From a virus, in the IMG/VR virus record IMGVR_UViG_3300038415_000014, positions 32,001 through 96,000 of that record: a stretch of DNA of 64,000 nt. One strand, 5' to 3'. Within the stretch, counting starts at the first letter, position 1. Each line of letters opens with the position of its first letter. Both the position numbers and the translations under genes were made by a program. Positions 1 through 10,002 of this stretch are shown here, piece by piece. The notes beneath the pieces were generated by a model. The model was not told the origin of the DNA. It saw only the letters and a list, made by a program, of their open reading frames with translations, and did no database searches.

Positions 1-2795
1 TGCCTCCCCAAACCTCGCGCGGTTGAAAGTGCTCCAATCACCGTTGGGTCATCATTGAATAGCCTCATCCCAGCATAGCTAATGATGAAGCTGTCCCCTG
101 TCGCGGTATTGTAGGTTAGTGGTAGTGAAGTCTGCAGATTTAGAGTAGAGAAGATAGCACAGGTAAGCTGTCCACCTGCTATCGAGTAGTTGATGTACTC
201 GGTGTTGAAGAGGGTAGTGTTTGTGGCAACCCTCTCTTGAGACATCAGCATGAAGTTGATGCCCCGATGGAAGTTCCCTCCACTTGTAACCGGAATAATC
301 GGTACCTCTACAGCACCCCAACCTGGAACTAGATGGCGGGGTAGGAGAGCATATCTTGTGTGATCAAACAAAGCCAGCGGATCAGACCCACTTGGTGTCA
401 TGATGCTACCAGTGATGGGACTTGGAACGGGGAACTGTATTGCCTGGAACGGGGTAATGGCTACAGTTTTTGACCCAAGATCTGCATAGGATTCTGCTGT
501 TACTGGCAGAAGACTCTTGTAGGTGTCGCCCCTGAACTTGCTCCAGAGCGCTGTCCAAGCTGTACGAAGTTGGAAGGTATTAGCTTGACTGTACTCCACC
601 TGATGGAGTAGTTGAGCGTTAGGGTTGAGTAGTGCAATGTTATGAATGGAGTCAGGTCGCCTTGATAGCCCACGACCACTACCATATTGAATATGCGTAG
701 TAGCATATAGGTTCAATACATTTGCAGGGGATAGAGGAGAATAAGTACCCGCAACTAGAGTAATGACTAGGTTATCAGTTGGACTGGGATTTGGAGGAGT
801 TACAGTGAAATAGTGCTGTGGTAAAGATGTTGCTTGACCCTCAACGCGGATCTGAACCGCTCCAGTACCTTTCCGAATGACATATGGAGTCAGGGTGGCC
901 GCAGGAATAGTCGTGGATACCGTCAATACTGTGGTGGTTACCTGAATGATGGTGTACGACCCAGCAGCAATAGGAGAATCATTAACGGTTATGACAAGAG
1001 TATCCCCAATCTCAACTCCGCTAGCTACATAGTCGTTGGTAGCGTCAATGAACTGGTCGGTACCTGAAGAAGTACCTGTCCCTGAGGCTGGCTGGTCATT
1101 GAGGAATCTGATCTGGTCAGCATCAGATACTGAGACTCCGGTCTTGAACTGATCTACCGGGATACTGAGTTGATCCCCTATAGTCCAAATTGCTGTGGTA
1201 GCTTGAGCTACAATGTTTGCATTCACATGCAAACCCCAAGGTTGTACAACCGCAACTGGGAAAGTTGGTGAGGGTCCTGACCAAGTTGTTGGCTTGAAGA
1301 TTACCTCTACGGGTTGTTGAACCGCCGCATCCGAGAAGATCATGCGAATGTGGTCAGGCCCATCAAGCTGAGTGACCCCCAAACTGATTGGTGGGGTCAA
1401 GCTGATCTTGTCTTCGTAGAGAAGATAAATCCCACGCGGGTCAGTTCCGGTTCTCTTCCAGTTGGCTCGTAGTTGCCCCTTGAGCAACTTGTCTAAGTTC
1501 GACCGAAGAGTGCTGTGGTAGTTGAAACCAGCTGGGTTGACTGCATGCCTAAGATCTAGAACGTCAGTCCCAGTGATCTGGTCTGAGTACAGTCCGTCGG
1601 GTCGAGTAGAGACAACCGTGATGGTTGCCCCAGCCTTATGAACAGCGGCCGCTGTACCATTAGCCCCCCTACCAGTAGTCGGGGTGATAGTAAGTATGGT
1701 ACCAGAAATACCAGAATAAGTGATAAGTTCTTCGTCGATCTTAATCGTCACCGACGACGCTGGGGTCAACGGAAGAGGGATATTTGAGGATGAGACCAGA
1801 GTTGCACTGAAAGAAGATGCACTAAGATCAGCGGCGAGAGTTGGTACCGTTGAGAATGTAAGAGTCCCAGTTCGGTCTACCGCGGTTGGATTGCGGTTGA
1901 ACCCACCATTCAGGTTCTGAGATGGCTCGCCTGCCCACAAGATGGCATTGCGACGGAAGACAATACAGATCGGGATTGCGTAGACATAACCATCCACTGT
2001 CCCAAGAACGTTCTGAGTCCCGTCTCCAGCCCTCCAGAGACCGGGGTCGCCCAGGGTCTCACGCATGTTGGCGAAGGTGTACCCGCCGACTGATGGAGGG
2101 GTTGCCTGTGCGCCTTGGGCCTTGACCACTGTTGGATCGAAGCCGTCAGGGTTGGTACTCAGATTGATGAGCCCCTTGACTACTCGAATGCGGTACTGTA
2201 GCTGTACACGCTCGGTGGTCTCTTCCCCGATAGCTGGGTCGAGGATATCATCGGGGAGGTAGCTAAACCCACCTTCGACATTGCCTAACTTAAAAATTGC
2301 GGACCCATTCGGCTTGTTGATGGTCGAGGGGTATGGAGCAATACGAGCTTTCCAGACTTCGAGGAACACGAAATCCGCTCGGGCGTCCCCCGCCGATCCT
2401 GGAGGAGGTTCGAGGGTAACCTTATTCCAAGTGTCAGTATCATCAGGGCTTCCTGGGGGGTCCCCTGTTTGAGTCCCCGCAACAGGAACTAACCAACCAT
2501 TGACGACCGCCCACATGATGGACTGCTTATCGCCGGAGCGCTGCCTGCCAAACTTGAACCAATTAGACCAAGTTGGGTCGGTTTGATAGTCCTTCGATGG
2601 GTTGATGTCGTTCCCGAACCAACCAGATGGGGTTCCAAGGAGAGACCTCTGGCGATCAAACCCAGCTGCGAGGTCACCAACGAGGTTCCACTCGGAGTCG
2701 AGTGGGCAGAGACCCGCTTGCCAGATTACACTCAGAAATTGAGTGGTCGCTGGATCAAGAACTCTGCTAACGCCTTCTCCTAGGTTATCAGTCAT
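1..2795 (-). CDS. Large tail/baseplate-associated virion protein, over 930 aa, runs off the left edge (absent from ORF track)
   Basis: Manual translation from ATG 2795 (overlaps upstream TGA): MTDNLGEGVSRVLDPATTQFLSVIWQAGLCPLDSEWN..., which resembles DUF4815/DUF6519-type N-termini. Later RPDGLYSDQITGTDVLDLRH. Frame was open at every stretch checked, down to position 3. Confidence 0.8.
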   Translation of the reverse strand, partial: MTDNLGEGVSRVLDPATTQFLSVIWQAGLCPLDSEWNLVGDLAAGFDRQRSLLGTPSGWFGNDINPSKDYQTDPTWSNWFKFGRQRSGDKQSIMWAVVNGWLVPVAGTQTGDPPGSPDDTDTWNKVTLEPPPGSAGDARADFVFLEVWKARIAPYPSTINKPNGSAIFKLGNVEGGFSYLPDDILDPAIGEETTERVQLQYRIRVVKGLINLSTNPDGFDPTVVKAQGAQATPPSVGGYTFANMRETLGDPGLWRAGDGTQNVLGTVDGYVYAIPICIVFRRNAILWAGEPSQNLNGGFNRNPTAVDRTGTLTFSTVPTLAADLSASSFSATLVSSSNIPLPLTPASSVTIKIDEELITYSGISGTILTITPTTGRGANGTAAAVHKAGATITVVSTRPDGLYSDQITGTDVLDLRHAVNPAGFNYHSTLRSNLDKLLKGQLRANWKRTGTDPRGIYLLYEDKISLTPPISLGVTQLDGPDHIRMIFSDAAVQQPVEVIFKPTTWSGPSPTFPVAVVQPWGLHVNANIVAQATTAIWTIGDQLSIPVDQFKTGVSVSDADQIRFLNDQPASGTGTSSGTDQFIDATNDYVASGVEIGDTLVITVNDSPIAAGSYTIIQVTTTVLTVSTTIPAATLTPYVIRKGTGAVQIRVEGQATSLPQHYFTVTPPNPSPTDNLVITLVAGTYSPLSPANVLNLYATTHIQYGSGRGLSRRPDSIHNIALLNPNAQLLHQVEYSQANTFQLRTAWTALWSKFRGDTYKSLLPVTAESYADLGSKTVAITPFQAIQFPVPSPITGSIMTPSGSDPLALFDHTRYALLPRHLVPGWGAVEVPIIPVTSGGNFHRGINFMLMSQERVATNTTLFNTEYINYSIAGGQLTCAIFSTLNLQTSLPLTYNTATGDSFIISYAGMRLFNDDPTVIGALSTARGLGR

Positions 2796-3708
2796 TTGTG
2801 GTCTCCATACAGATCTGCTTCTGCATGGAAGACCTGAAAGAAGGAATACCGACTTTCTTTCGGTAGGTGCACACATTGACAGGTGAGGTACTAAATCTAG
2901 TTGCTACCTCACGATCTGTTAGTTTTCCTGCGAACTTATGCCATGGTCTTATTGCTGGAGTTAGTACCCTACGAGTGGGAGCCCTCACTGAGGTTTGAAC
3001 CTCACCAGAACTGTTTCGCTCCCATACCATAGGGATCTCACTTATACCAGTACGTAGAGCCCCTTTTGCTTGAACCTGAGTTCTCTCTCGATGACAGTTT
3101 GCGCAGACTACCTCACATTTAGCCACTTCAGCAAGAATGGCCTTACAAGACTTCATCTGAGAAACAGATCCAACTTTAACACCACGTACATGGTCAAAAT
3201 CCATCTGACAGTAATGGAATGACCTCCCACAATCAGCACATGGCTTATCCTTGAGCTGAAGGATAAGTTCTCTCCTACTATCTATAACCTTTGGTGGTCT
3301 CCAAGTCCTCATACGATGACAGCGCACACAAACCACATCACATTTAGCTATTTCGCCTAAGATCCTAGCCCAAGGAGCTGTAGTCTTGTTCAGAAGATGA
3401 TTGATCTCATTTTCCTTGCAAGTAGGGTCTCGATGATCAAAATCCATGACATAGGGTGGGTAGGATAGACCGCAATCCTTACATGGAACACTCTTTAACC
3501 TGTCTACCGCTATATGCCGCTCAGCCTTCTTACGACGACAGATCTCAACATTCTTACGTCGATAGTGCTTCCGATTGAACTCTCTGTAGGCTTGAAAATC
3601 AGCCTTCTTCAAGGAATAGCGCTCCCTACCGTAGGCTCGCTCACACTCTCGACACTGGCGATGACCCTTTCGGAAATCACCTGGCCTACTGCACTTAGAA
3701 CAGATCAC
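2788..3708 (-). CDS. Free-standing HNH-type endonuclease with two tandem HNH domains
   Basis: Two copies of CxxC...MDFDH...KC(D/E)VVCxxCHRxRT; N-terminal CxxC...CxxC; C-terminal HTH-like segment; GTG start. Confidence 0.8.
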   Translation of the reverse strand: MICSKCSRPGDFRKGHRQCRECERAYGRERYSLKKADFQAYREFNRKHYRRKNVEICRRKKAERHIAVDRLKSVPCKDCGLSYPPYVMDFDHRDPTCKENEINHLLNKTTAPWARILGEIAKCDVVCVRCHRMRTWRPPKVIDSRRELILQLKDKPCADCGRSFHYCQMDFDHVRGVKVGSVSQMKSCKAILAEVAKCEVVCANCHRERTQVQAKGALRTGISEIPMVWERNSSGEVQTSVRAPTRRVLTPAIRPWHKFAGKLTDREVATRFSTSPVNVCTYRKKVGIPSFRSSMQKQICMETTND

Positions 3709-3729
3709 ACCTTCAATTACACCGACAGG

Positions 3730-4377
3730 TCAAAAAGTCAACCTCCAGACAATAGTTAAGGTCGACGTAGCTGGTTTGGTCTGCACAGCGAAGGTAAGGT
3801 AGTTGGCCATCGTTTCCTTGGTGGTCAGGTCAACCGTCGGGTCATACGGGCCATTTGGAGGAGAAACAGGATTCTTAATAGCTAGGTTAGTAGAAATGGT
3901 ACCACCTAGGATACCCATCTCAACGAGTGGCCCTACTGCCTCTGATTCTGTAAATGTAGTTACGAAGTCAACAACATTTGTAGGAATAGCTGTTGGATTA
4001 CCTAACGAGTCGATGAAAGTCGATGATGCAAAGACCTTGCGCGTCAACTCAGCAAATAGGGCTCGTTGGGTAAGCGTAGGAGCTGGTGGCGCCAGGGGGT
4101 TCCAACCGGTATCACCAGTACCTATAGCGAGGCAGAAACCCCCGTGAAGTCCGGTCTCAGCATTGTTTTTGAAGAGGCGCGCGACTAGTATCGAGGCGTC
4201 ACGGACTACAAGGTTGTCAAAGTGGCGTTGTTCTTGGATCTCCCCGGTCTTGCCATCTCGAAGGGTCATAAAGACCTCACCCTTCTTGATGCAAGTCATC
4301 CGATCCTCATAGCGGTTTACCCAAGCCATGCTGATGGCATCTCTGATTCGATTGAATGTATCGCTAACCTTGAACAT
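3730..4377 (-). CDS. Virion structural protein, tail-fibre/baseplate attachment type
   Basis: NLVV...LAIGTG...PTLTQRALFAELTRK pattern typical of fibre-anchoring proteins; RBS GGAG upstream. Confidence 0.6.
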   Translation of the reverse strand: MFKVSDTFNRIRDAISMAWVNRYEDRMTCIKKGEVFMTLRDGKTGEIQEQRHFDNLVVRDASILVARLFKNNAETGLHGGFCLAIGTGDTGWNPLAPPAPTLTQRALFAELTRKVFASSTFIDSLGNPTAIPTNVVDFVTTFTESEAVGPLVEMGILGGTISTNLAIKNPVSPPNGPYDPTVDLTTKETMANYLTFAVQTKPATSTLTIVWRLTF

Positions 4378-4408
4378 TACCTACTCCAATCTATAGAAGG
4401 GTCACCGC

Positions 4409-7400
4409 CTACCCTTCGTTAGCTTCCATTCCAGAGTCGCCTGAAAAGGTAATCGATAGGGAGACCACAGGTGGATCAAACACCATCGAGACCTGGTCAT
4501 CCGAGAAGGCAGACAACAAATCAGACTTCCCCGAAGTTTTCTCTATGACTTCGAGTCTATTGTACAGAACACCATCTGGGATGATGAATCTAACTTTGAG
4601 TGATGGGACGTTCCCTAATGGTCCGAACCCAAAGCCATCGACCCCCATGGCTGCCCCACCAAAACCGGTAGCACTGTAGGGTGCAAAGGGCGGTATGGTC
4701 TTCTTGCGAACATCATAGGTCTGAGTAGAAGGAACTAAGGGGGTCCCATCATTCAACTTGGTGAAGGCATGAACATTGGGGTTATTGACGTATGCCTCCC
4801 AAAGATACGGGACCCCAGTTGAAGCCGACGAGTACTGAGTATGGTTGTGCGCCACCCGCCCCAAGAGGTGCTCAGGGGAGCTCATGACGTTACGCTGATT
4901 CGATACTTGGTGCGGGGGGACCGCCTTGACTTCAATTGGAGCCCGAGTGATCCCATACTGCAGGAAGGGCCATGCACTCTGAGACAAGTTGGTTGGGTCA
5001 AACGCTCCCCAGGTGATCGAAGGCAAGCCCCGATTGAATTGATTGGGAAGACCAACAGAACTAGAAGGCAGTGTCGTGTTGTTGTACTCAACCTGGATGA
5101 TAGGGGTCGTACTAGAGTCGACAAACAAGGCTATGAACCCAGCAGGATCTCTAAGTAGCTGGTAGGTATGATTCATCGCCCACTCGAACTGGGCTGGGAT
5201 TCGGTACTCAACTACGGTATGCCCAGGTTGCGGGAGCAAGTTGACAAAGGTGATCGTGTTGGTACTTACAGTGAATACCGAGTAAACCCCTCGATTGTCC
5301 CCGAAATCGATGATGAGGTCATCTCCGATTTGGACCCCAGCACCTATGAAGTCAGCCAACAAGTCTGTGAGTTGGTTGCCTGAGGTACGCGCCTGACCCT
5401 TCGCCTTGAGAGGCAGGTAGTACCCAAGGAGGCTGCTCTGGTCCACACCCTTCCAGATACCAACGTAGTGGCTAACTCCGGAGACCGGTTGAGCCCTCCA
5501 ACCATTTACGTAATGCCAATCAATCACTGAGAGTGCTTGACCGCTGCTGGCCGTCGAAGAGCCAAAGGAGAACGTAGGAACCGAGACTGGTGAAACCGTG
5601 GTAAACCCAGAGTAGGCAAAGGACCCAATGAGAACCCCATCGATGTATAGAATCACCAAGTCAGCTGCAGTATTCTTAGCAACTCGATAGATGTGGGTCT
5701 TTCCATCTGCCCAGTTGAAGGCAAAGGCTTGAAGTACTAGACCATCTGAGTGGAAAGCCACCTGCGGGTTTACAGGATCTCTCCTGAGCATGACCCCAAT
5801 GGTCTTAGTCCCATCATAGACATCCACTGTTGCCCCACAGAAGTAATCAGTTGGGTCAGGAGTCGAGGATACTACCTCACACTTGAACTCGAAGTAATAG
5901 TCGATTGAGACGTAAAAGATCCTGTTGAGCGATGAACTTGACTCAAGATCCTCGATAGCAAAGACACGTCCGTCAGTTAGGCTTGAGTCTTGGATCTGGA
6001 GAATCCGACCCACCATGACCGCAGGTTGGCCCCCAAGAGAGGTCCAAGGGCGAGGGGTGGCTTCTTGAGGCAAGGAGCGCCCTGGGTAGCTGACCTTCGG
6101 TTGTGGAGTGGTGGGGAAGAAGCAGACCTGGACCAGCCGGTTACCATCGTCCACGGCTGCCATGATGGCGTTCGGAGTGATCCCGTGGGTGAGCGTTCGT
6201 AATGTAACCTCAAAGTCCAGTACGGTATTGGTCGATGCACTCAGTAAAGGTTCAATCCTGGTGAACCCCTTGAAGTCACCGCCAACAAGACCCACTTCTT
6301 CCGAAGTCGCTAAGTCAGTCGCTGAAGTCGAATCCAGTACTAGGACCCCACCCACAAGAGTCTCGTTCCCATGATAGCCAACCGGTGTCCAAGGGTTGGT
6401 GGCGTTCTCCGGCAAGACCGTCGGAGTGTAGGACACGAACGAAGACGGAATGCTCTGCTGGGGGTTGGTGGGGAGTACTAGATAGTGAACGAAGTCCCAT
6501 ACACTGGTACTCGTTGCTCCTCTGCTCAAAGATCCAAAGAAAATATTCTGGATCTCGTTGAATGAGTCGTTCAGCTCTTCCAAGAACGGAAGCTGGGCCT
6601 CGGAGATTGATAGGCTAGGTACAACCTCACCATCGACATAGAAGTTGACCGTACCGCTTGTATCTCTGAATAGTCGATAGGAGTGGATCGTAGACCAATC
6701 AAAGTCAAAGGTTGTCCACCCAGAGATCTTGGATGGGTCATCCCCATTGCCTCGTAGGAGGAAGCCGATCTTGCGAGTGCTACCGTCCAACAAGTAACCT
6801 AGGATTACTGCTCGAATACTATCGGACCAGCCCGTGCAAACCCCAGTAAAGACTCCATCAGGGGTCGTGGCGGTTATCTTCAAGCGCCAGGTGGTGGCGT
6901 AGGCATGCGGGAAAGTCAGATCGATCCCACGACTCCAATAGAAGGGCTGACCCTCAGGGAATGGGCCTATCGTGTTACTGGTGATTGTGAGAAGGCCCCC
7001 ACTTACTGTAGCGGTACCAGTACCCTTGCGATCCCAAGGGGTGGTAGGATCCGATTCAGGTAGGGTATTGGCATCATAGGCTACTGATACCTGAGAGATC
7101 TGACGGGAGAGGGGTGGGAATGCAACCCTATTCTTCGGAGTGTTCAGCAACAACGAGGTTGGGTCATTCGAGAGCGAGGTGTAAGCCCTCTCGTAGGCGC
7201 GGTAGAACACCTCGCGTAGAAGAGGCTGAGGCTGAGGGGCTCGAATATCATCAATGGGGATTCTACTGAGAGCTCCATTTGTAGATTGGATTGCATTCCG
7301 ATAGGGGAATACCCTCTCACCAGTGACCCCAGTTGACCGGTTCCACCTATTCGAAACGAACTCTAACGAGTTGAGCCGTCTGAATTCAACCGCTGGGTCA

Positions 7401-8332
7401 TTGATCCACGAATAATCAATCGAGATACTAGAACCAGGCGCCGGAGGGGTTGCAAGAACAATCTGACCCAGTAGCCCTACCACATGATCAACAGCAACAG
7501 GGGTGCTATTAACTCGCACTACTACATCTGATGGGCTATCAGCGATGAACCCAGTGTTGGGGTTGATGATTGCCCAATAGTTAGTGGCGACATTATCAGT
7601 TGGATCGGAGGTGGGTGCTCTGAAACTAGCTTGAACCCTGGCTCGGGTTGGGTTGATGACTGCTAGGATCTTGTAATCACCACCATTTACCGAGTCTACC
7701 AGCACGTTCGAGGCTTTGAGCCTCAGGTACAAACCAACGTGATTTGAACTCAAGCTTGCGCCCGTGAGTACCACATCACTAGTAGTGACGTTTCCGAAGA
7801 ATCTTGTTGGGGTCGTCTGAACCGACCATTGGTTGCCTGTCTGTACGACAGCTTCAGGTTTTACTATCGGACCCTTATTCGTAAAGAGGGACCGATCCGT
7901 ATAGGGGATCTGGGCCAGGAATTGTGCTGTGTTCCCACTAAGCATCAGCGGGTCGAGATCACTAGCATGCACCCCAGTTACTATCACCGTGTAGGTACCA
8001 GCTATTACTCCAGACACATGCAGTGCTACAACCGTTGCATTGACCGTGAACACTTCAAGAACTGTTACAGCAGAGGGGCCAGTGACGGAGTAAGAAGCTG
8101 GGTCGAGGAGAACCGAATCGATCATCAAAGGCTTGTTGAAAGTGACTAGTAGAATGCTACTGCTAAGAAGGAACTCTGCAGAGGCTACTGAAAACCCAGA
8201 GGATATTGAATTAGCGATCAGGGCAGAAGTCCCATTGAACGTTATCGCTAGGTCAACAGCTGCGCTACCAGCCCCCAGTAGGATATTTCCTGGCTGGCTG
8301 TTAGAAGTTCCGAGTATTCCTGTAAAGGCCAT
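4409..8332 (-). CDS. 1307-aa virion protein with about three ConA/LamG-like beta-sandwich repeats, candidate receptor-binding protein
   Basis: Three LP(E/Q)x...PW...G starts and repeated FxW...HxYR...(F/L)Y(V/I)DG ends; N-terminal Ig-like segment. Confidence 0.6.
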   Translation of the reverse strand: MAFTGILGTSNSQPGNILLGAGSAAVDLAITFNGTSALIANSISSGFSVASAEFLLSSSILLVTFNKPLMIDSVLLDPASYSVTGPSAVTVLEVFTVNATVVALHVSGVIAGTYTVIVTGVHASDLDPLMLSGNTAQFLAQIPYTDRSLFTNKGPIVKPEAVVQTGNQWSVQTTPTRFFGNVTTSDVVLTGASLSSNHVGLYLRLKASNVLVDSVNGGDYKILAVINPTRARVQASFRAPTSDPTDNVATNYWAIINPNTGFIADSPSDVVVRVNSTPVAVDHVVGLLGQIVLATPPAPGSSISIDYSWINDPAVEFRRLNSLEFVSNRWNRSTGVTGERVFPYRNAIQSTNGALSRIPIDDIRAPQPQPLLREVFYRAYERAYTSLSNDPTSLLLNTPKNRVAFPPLSRQISQVSVAYDANTLPESDPTTPWDRKGTGTATVSGGLLTITSNTIGPFPEGQPFYWSRGIDLTFPHAYATTWRLKITATTPDGVFTGVCTGWSDSIRAVILGYLLDGSTRKIGFLLRGNGDDPSKISGWTTFDFDWSTIHSYRLFRDTSGTVNFYVDGEVVPSLSISEAQLPFLEELNDSFNEIQNIFFGSLSRGATSTSVWDFVHYLVLPTNPQQSIPSSFVSYTPTVLPENATNPWTPVGYHGNETLVGGVLVLDSTSATDLATSEEVGLVGGDFKGFTRIEPLLSASTNTVLDFEVTLRTLTHGITPNAIMAAVDDGNRLVQVCFFPTTPQPKVSYPGRSLPQEATPRPWTSLGGQPAVMVGRILQIQDSSLTDGRVFAIEDLESSSSLNRIFYVSIDYYFEFKCEVVSSTPDPTDYFCGATVDVYDGTKTIGVMLRRDPVNPQVAFHSDGLVLQAFAFNWADGKTHIYRVAKNTAADLVILYIDGVLIGSFAYSGFTTVSPVSVPTFSFGSSTASSGQALSVIDWHYVNGWRAQPVSGVSHYVGIWKGVDQSSLLGYYLPLKAKGQARTSGNQLTDLLADFIGAGVQIGDDLIIDFGDNRGVYSVFTVSTNTITFVNLLPQPGHTVVEYRIPAQFEWAMNHTYQLLRDPAGFIALFVDSSTTPIIQVEYNNTTLPSSSVGLPNQFNRGLPSITWGAFDPTNLSQSAWPFLQYGITRAPIEVKAVPPHQVSNQRNVMSSPEHLLGRVAHNHTQYSSASTGVPYLWEAYVNNPNVHAFTKLNDGTPLVPSTQTYDVRKKTIPPFAPYSATGFGGAAMGVDGFGFGPLGNVPSLKVRFIIPDGVLYNRLEVIEKTSGKSDLLSAFSDDQVSMVFDPPVVSLSITFSGDSGMEANEG

Positions 8333-8339
8333 CAGATCC

Positions 8340-9152
8340 TCAGAAGTCCCCAGTGTGGTCTTCGCCTATGACAAGTTGATTGACCTTACGACCCATTCGG
8401 TCTTGGTCTAGTAACCCATGCTCATACACCCTGAAGTCCTCGTAGTAGTAACTCGATAGGCTGCTTCTTGATGCATCCAAGATCCCCAACCCACCATTCG
8501 GGTTGTATTGATCCGTGAATATGTACCTGATCTTGAACAGAGTGTGCGCGGGACGTATGATGTTCAGAATTAGACGAACATTAGCCTCAAGAGTGAAGGT
8601 ATCCGTGGGGAACCCAGTCGCTGTATCCGTGACATCTATTTGGAACCCAAACTCATCAGAGATATCGAGCCCTGAGTTGGGCATCCGAGCTTGTAGGAAA
8701 TCCTCAGTGAAGGTCAGGGCTCCTGTAAAGAAGAGCTGAACTCCCTGGATCATTGCCTTTGGAATCGAACCCTCGAAGTAGATCCCAATCACACTGAGGA
8801 GAAATTGTCTGAACTGCTCATCATCATAGTCAGTCGTCGGCAACTGGCCATTCATGAAGACCATGTAGCCAATCAAAGTGTATAGGAAATCAGTGCGAGT
8901 TGTCTCAAAGTCTATGTCGAATTTGACATCTTCGAGTGCTAGCTCCAACCGAGACAACTCCAGAGCCACCGCTTTAATTTCGACTGAATATGCTGGGCCT
9001 TCGATTGTGCTGATATAATTACTCGGGAGTAAGTCAAGTAAGTTCTTGAATATGCTCTGAGTCCTCTGGATCAGGCGTAAGTTGTATTCCTTCCCAGATT
9101 GGGGTATCGTGTGATTCAATCGATCTGGGTCGTTTACGAATCGATCAGCCAT
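8340..9152 (-). CDS. Baseplate wedge protein, P2 gpI-like
   Basis: DFLYTLIG...DDEQFRQFL...EGSIP...LNIIRPAHT pattern; lies downstream of the gpJ-like gene. Confidence 0.65.
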   Translation of the reverse strand: MADRFVNDPDRLNHTIPQSGKEYNLRLIQRTQSIFKNLLDLLPSNYISTIEGPAYSVEIKAVALELSRLELALEDVKFDIDFETTRTDFLYTLIGYMVFMNGQLPTTDYDDEQFRQFLLSVIGIYFEGSIPKAMIQGVQLFFTGALTFTEDFLQARMPNSGLDISDEFGFQIDVTDTATGFPTDTFTLEANVRLILNIIRPAHTLFKIRYIFTDQYNPNGGLGILDASRSSLSSYYYEDFRVYEHGLLDQDRMGRKVNQLVIGEDHTGDF

Positions 9153-10002
9153 TGGCCCTTCTCTCCCTGAGTCTAAGGATAATCAAAGAACGAGATATGC
9201 CCAACTCCTTTGCTACTTGTTCTTGAGTCTTACTGCTCAGGAGGTCGAGAATTTGATCTGTTGTAACGCGACTTGGCTTTACAGGCGCCAACGGGTTCCC
9301 GAGTCTTCTTGCTAACTCAACCCTTCTATTTACAAGTCTCACAGAAATTCCCAACTCATCAGCAACCTGAGCTCTAGGTATTCCACTATTTATCCTACTT
9401 AGAATGTAGTCAGTTGAAAGGTCGTGTCTGTAATTAGGGTGCTTGGACCCAGCGAATAAATCCTTACGAGATTCGCTCATTCTTTTCCTAGCCTCAAGTG
9501 ACGGGCGAATCCCCTTATGGCATTCGATGTACTTGAGGATAGTCTCTTGAGAGTGCTTGTAACCCTTGAGCTTAGATGGTCTTCCCTTATTGGCTCTAGA
9601 TATCTTGGAGCGAGATTCTGCACTCACTGCATGACCAGTCATCTTAACACGCATTTTTAGCTTAGTCTCAGGTGATACCTTGTACCCACTTCTACCCCCA
9701 CCACCTTCAACGATATTCGTGAGCAAAGCCCCCTGTTCTCTAGATTCTTGAATCAAACGAACCTCAAGTCGATCAAGCTCCTCGCGAGTATAAGCCTCAC
9801 CTAACTGTCGAACACTAGGTTCCAAGTTTAGACTCAGCAAGATCCGTAACCATCGTGTGACGTATCTTGAATCTTTGAGGTTGTGGGGGTTAAGGTGCGC
9901 CTGAAGTCGAACCTTTAGCATTCTGACGGTTTGACCAATATACCTAAGAGCCCCATCTCTCGGGTCGTATAGTCCGTAAACTATGCCGAACCTGTCAGCC
10001 AT
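9145..10002 (-). CDS. GIY-YIG homing endonuclease with NUMOD3 repeats and two HTH motifs
   Basis: VYGLYDPR...RYIGQT..L..RL..H, LDRLE, LTN..EGG; SPETKLKM/SAESRSKIS/SLEARKRMS repeats; two xQVAxELGIS motifs. Confidence 0.9.
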   Translation of the reverse strand: MADRFGIVYGLYDPRDGALRYIGQTVRMLKVRLQAHLNPHNLKDSRYVTRWLRILLSLNLEPSVRQLGEAYTREELDRLEVRLIQESREQGALLTNIVEGGGGRSGYKVSPETKLKMRVKMTGHAVSAESRSKISRANKGRPSKLKGYKHSQETILKYIECHKGIRPSLEARKRMSESRKDLFAGSKHPNYRHDLSTDYILSRINSGIPRAQVADELGISVRLVNRRVELARRLGNPLAPVKPSRVTTDQILDLLSSKTQEQVAKELGISRSLIILRLRERRANG

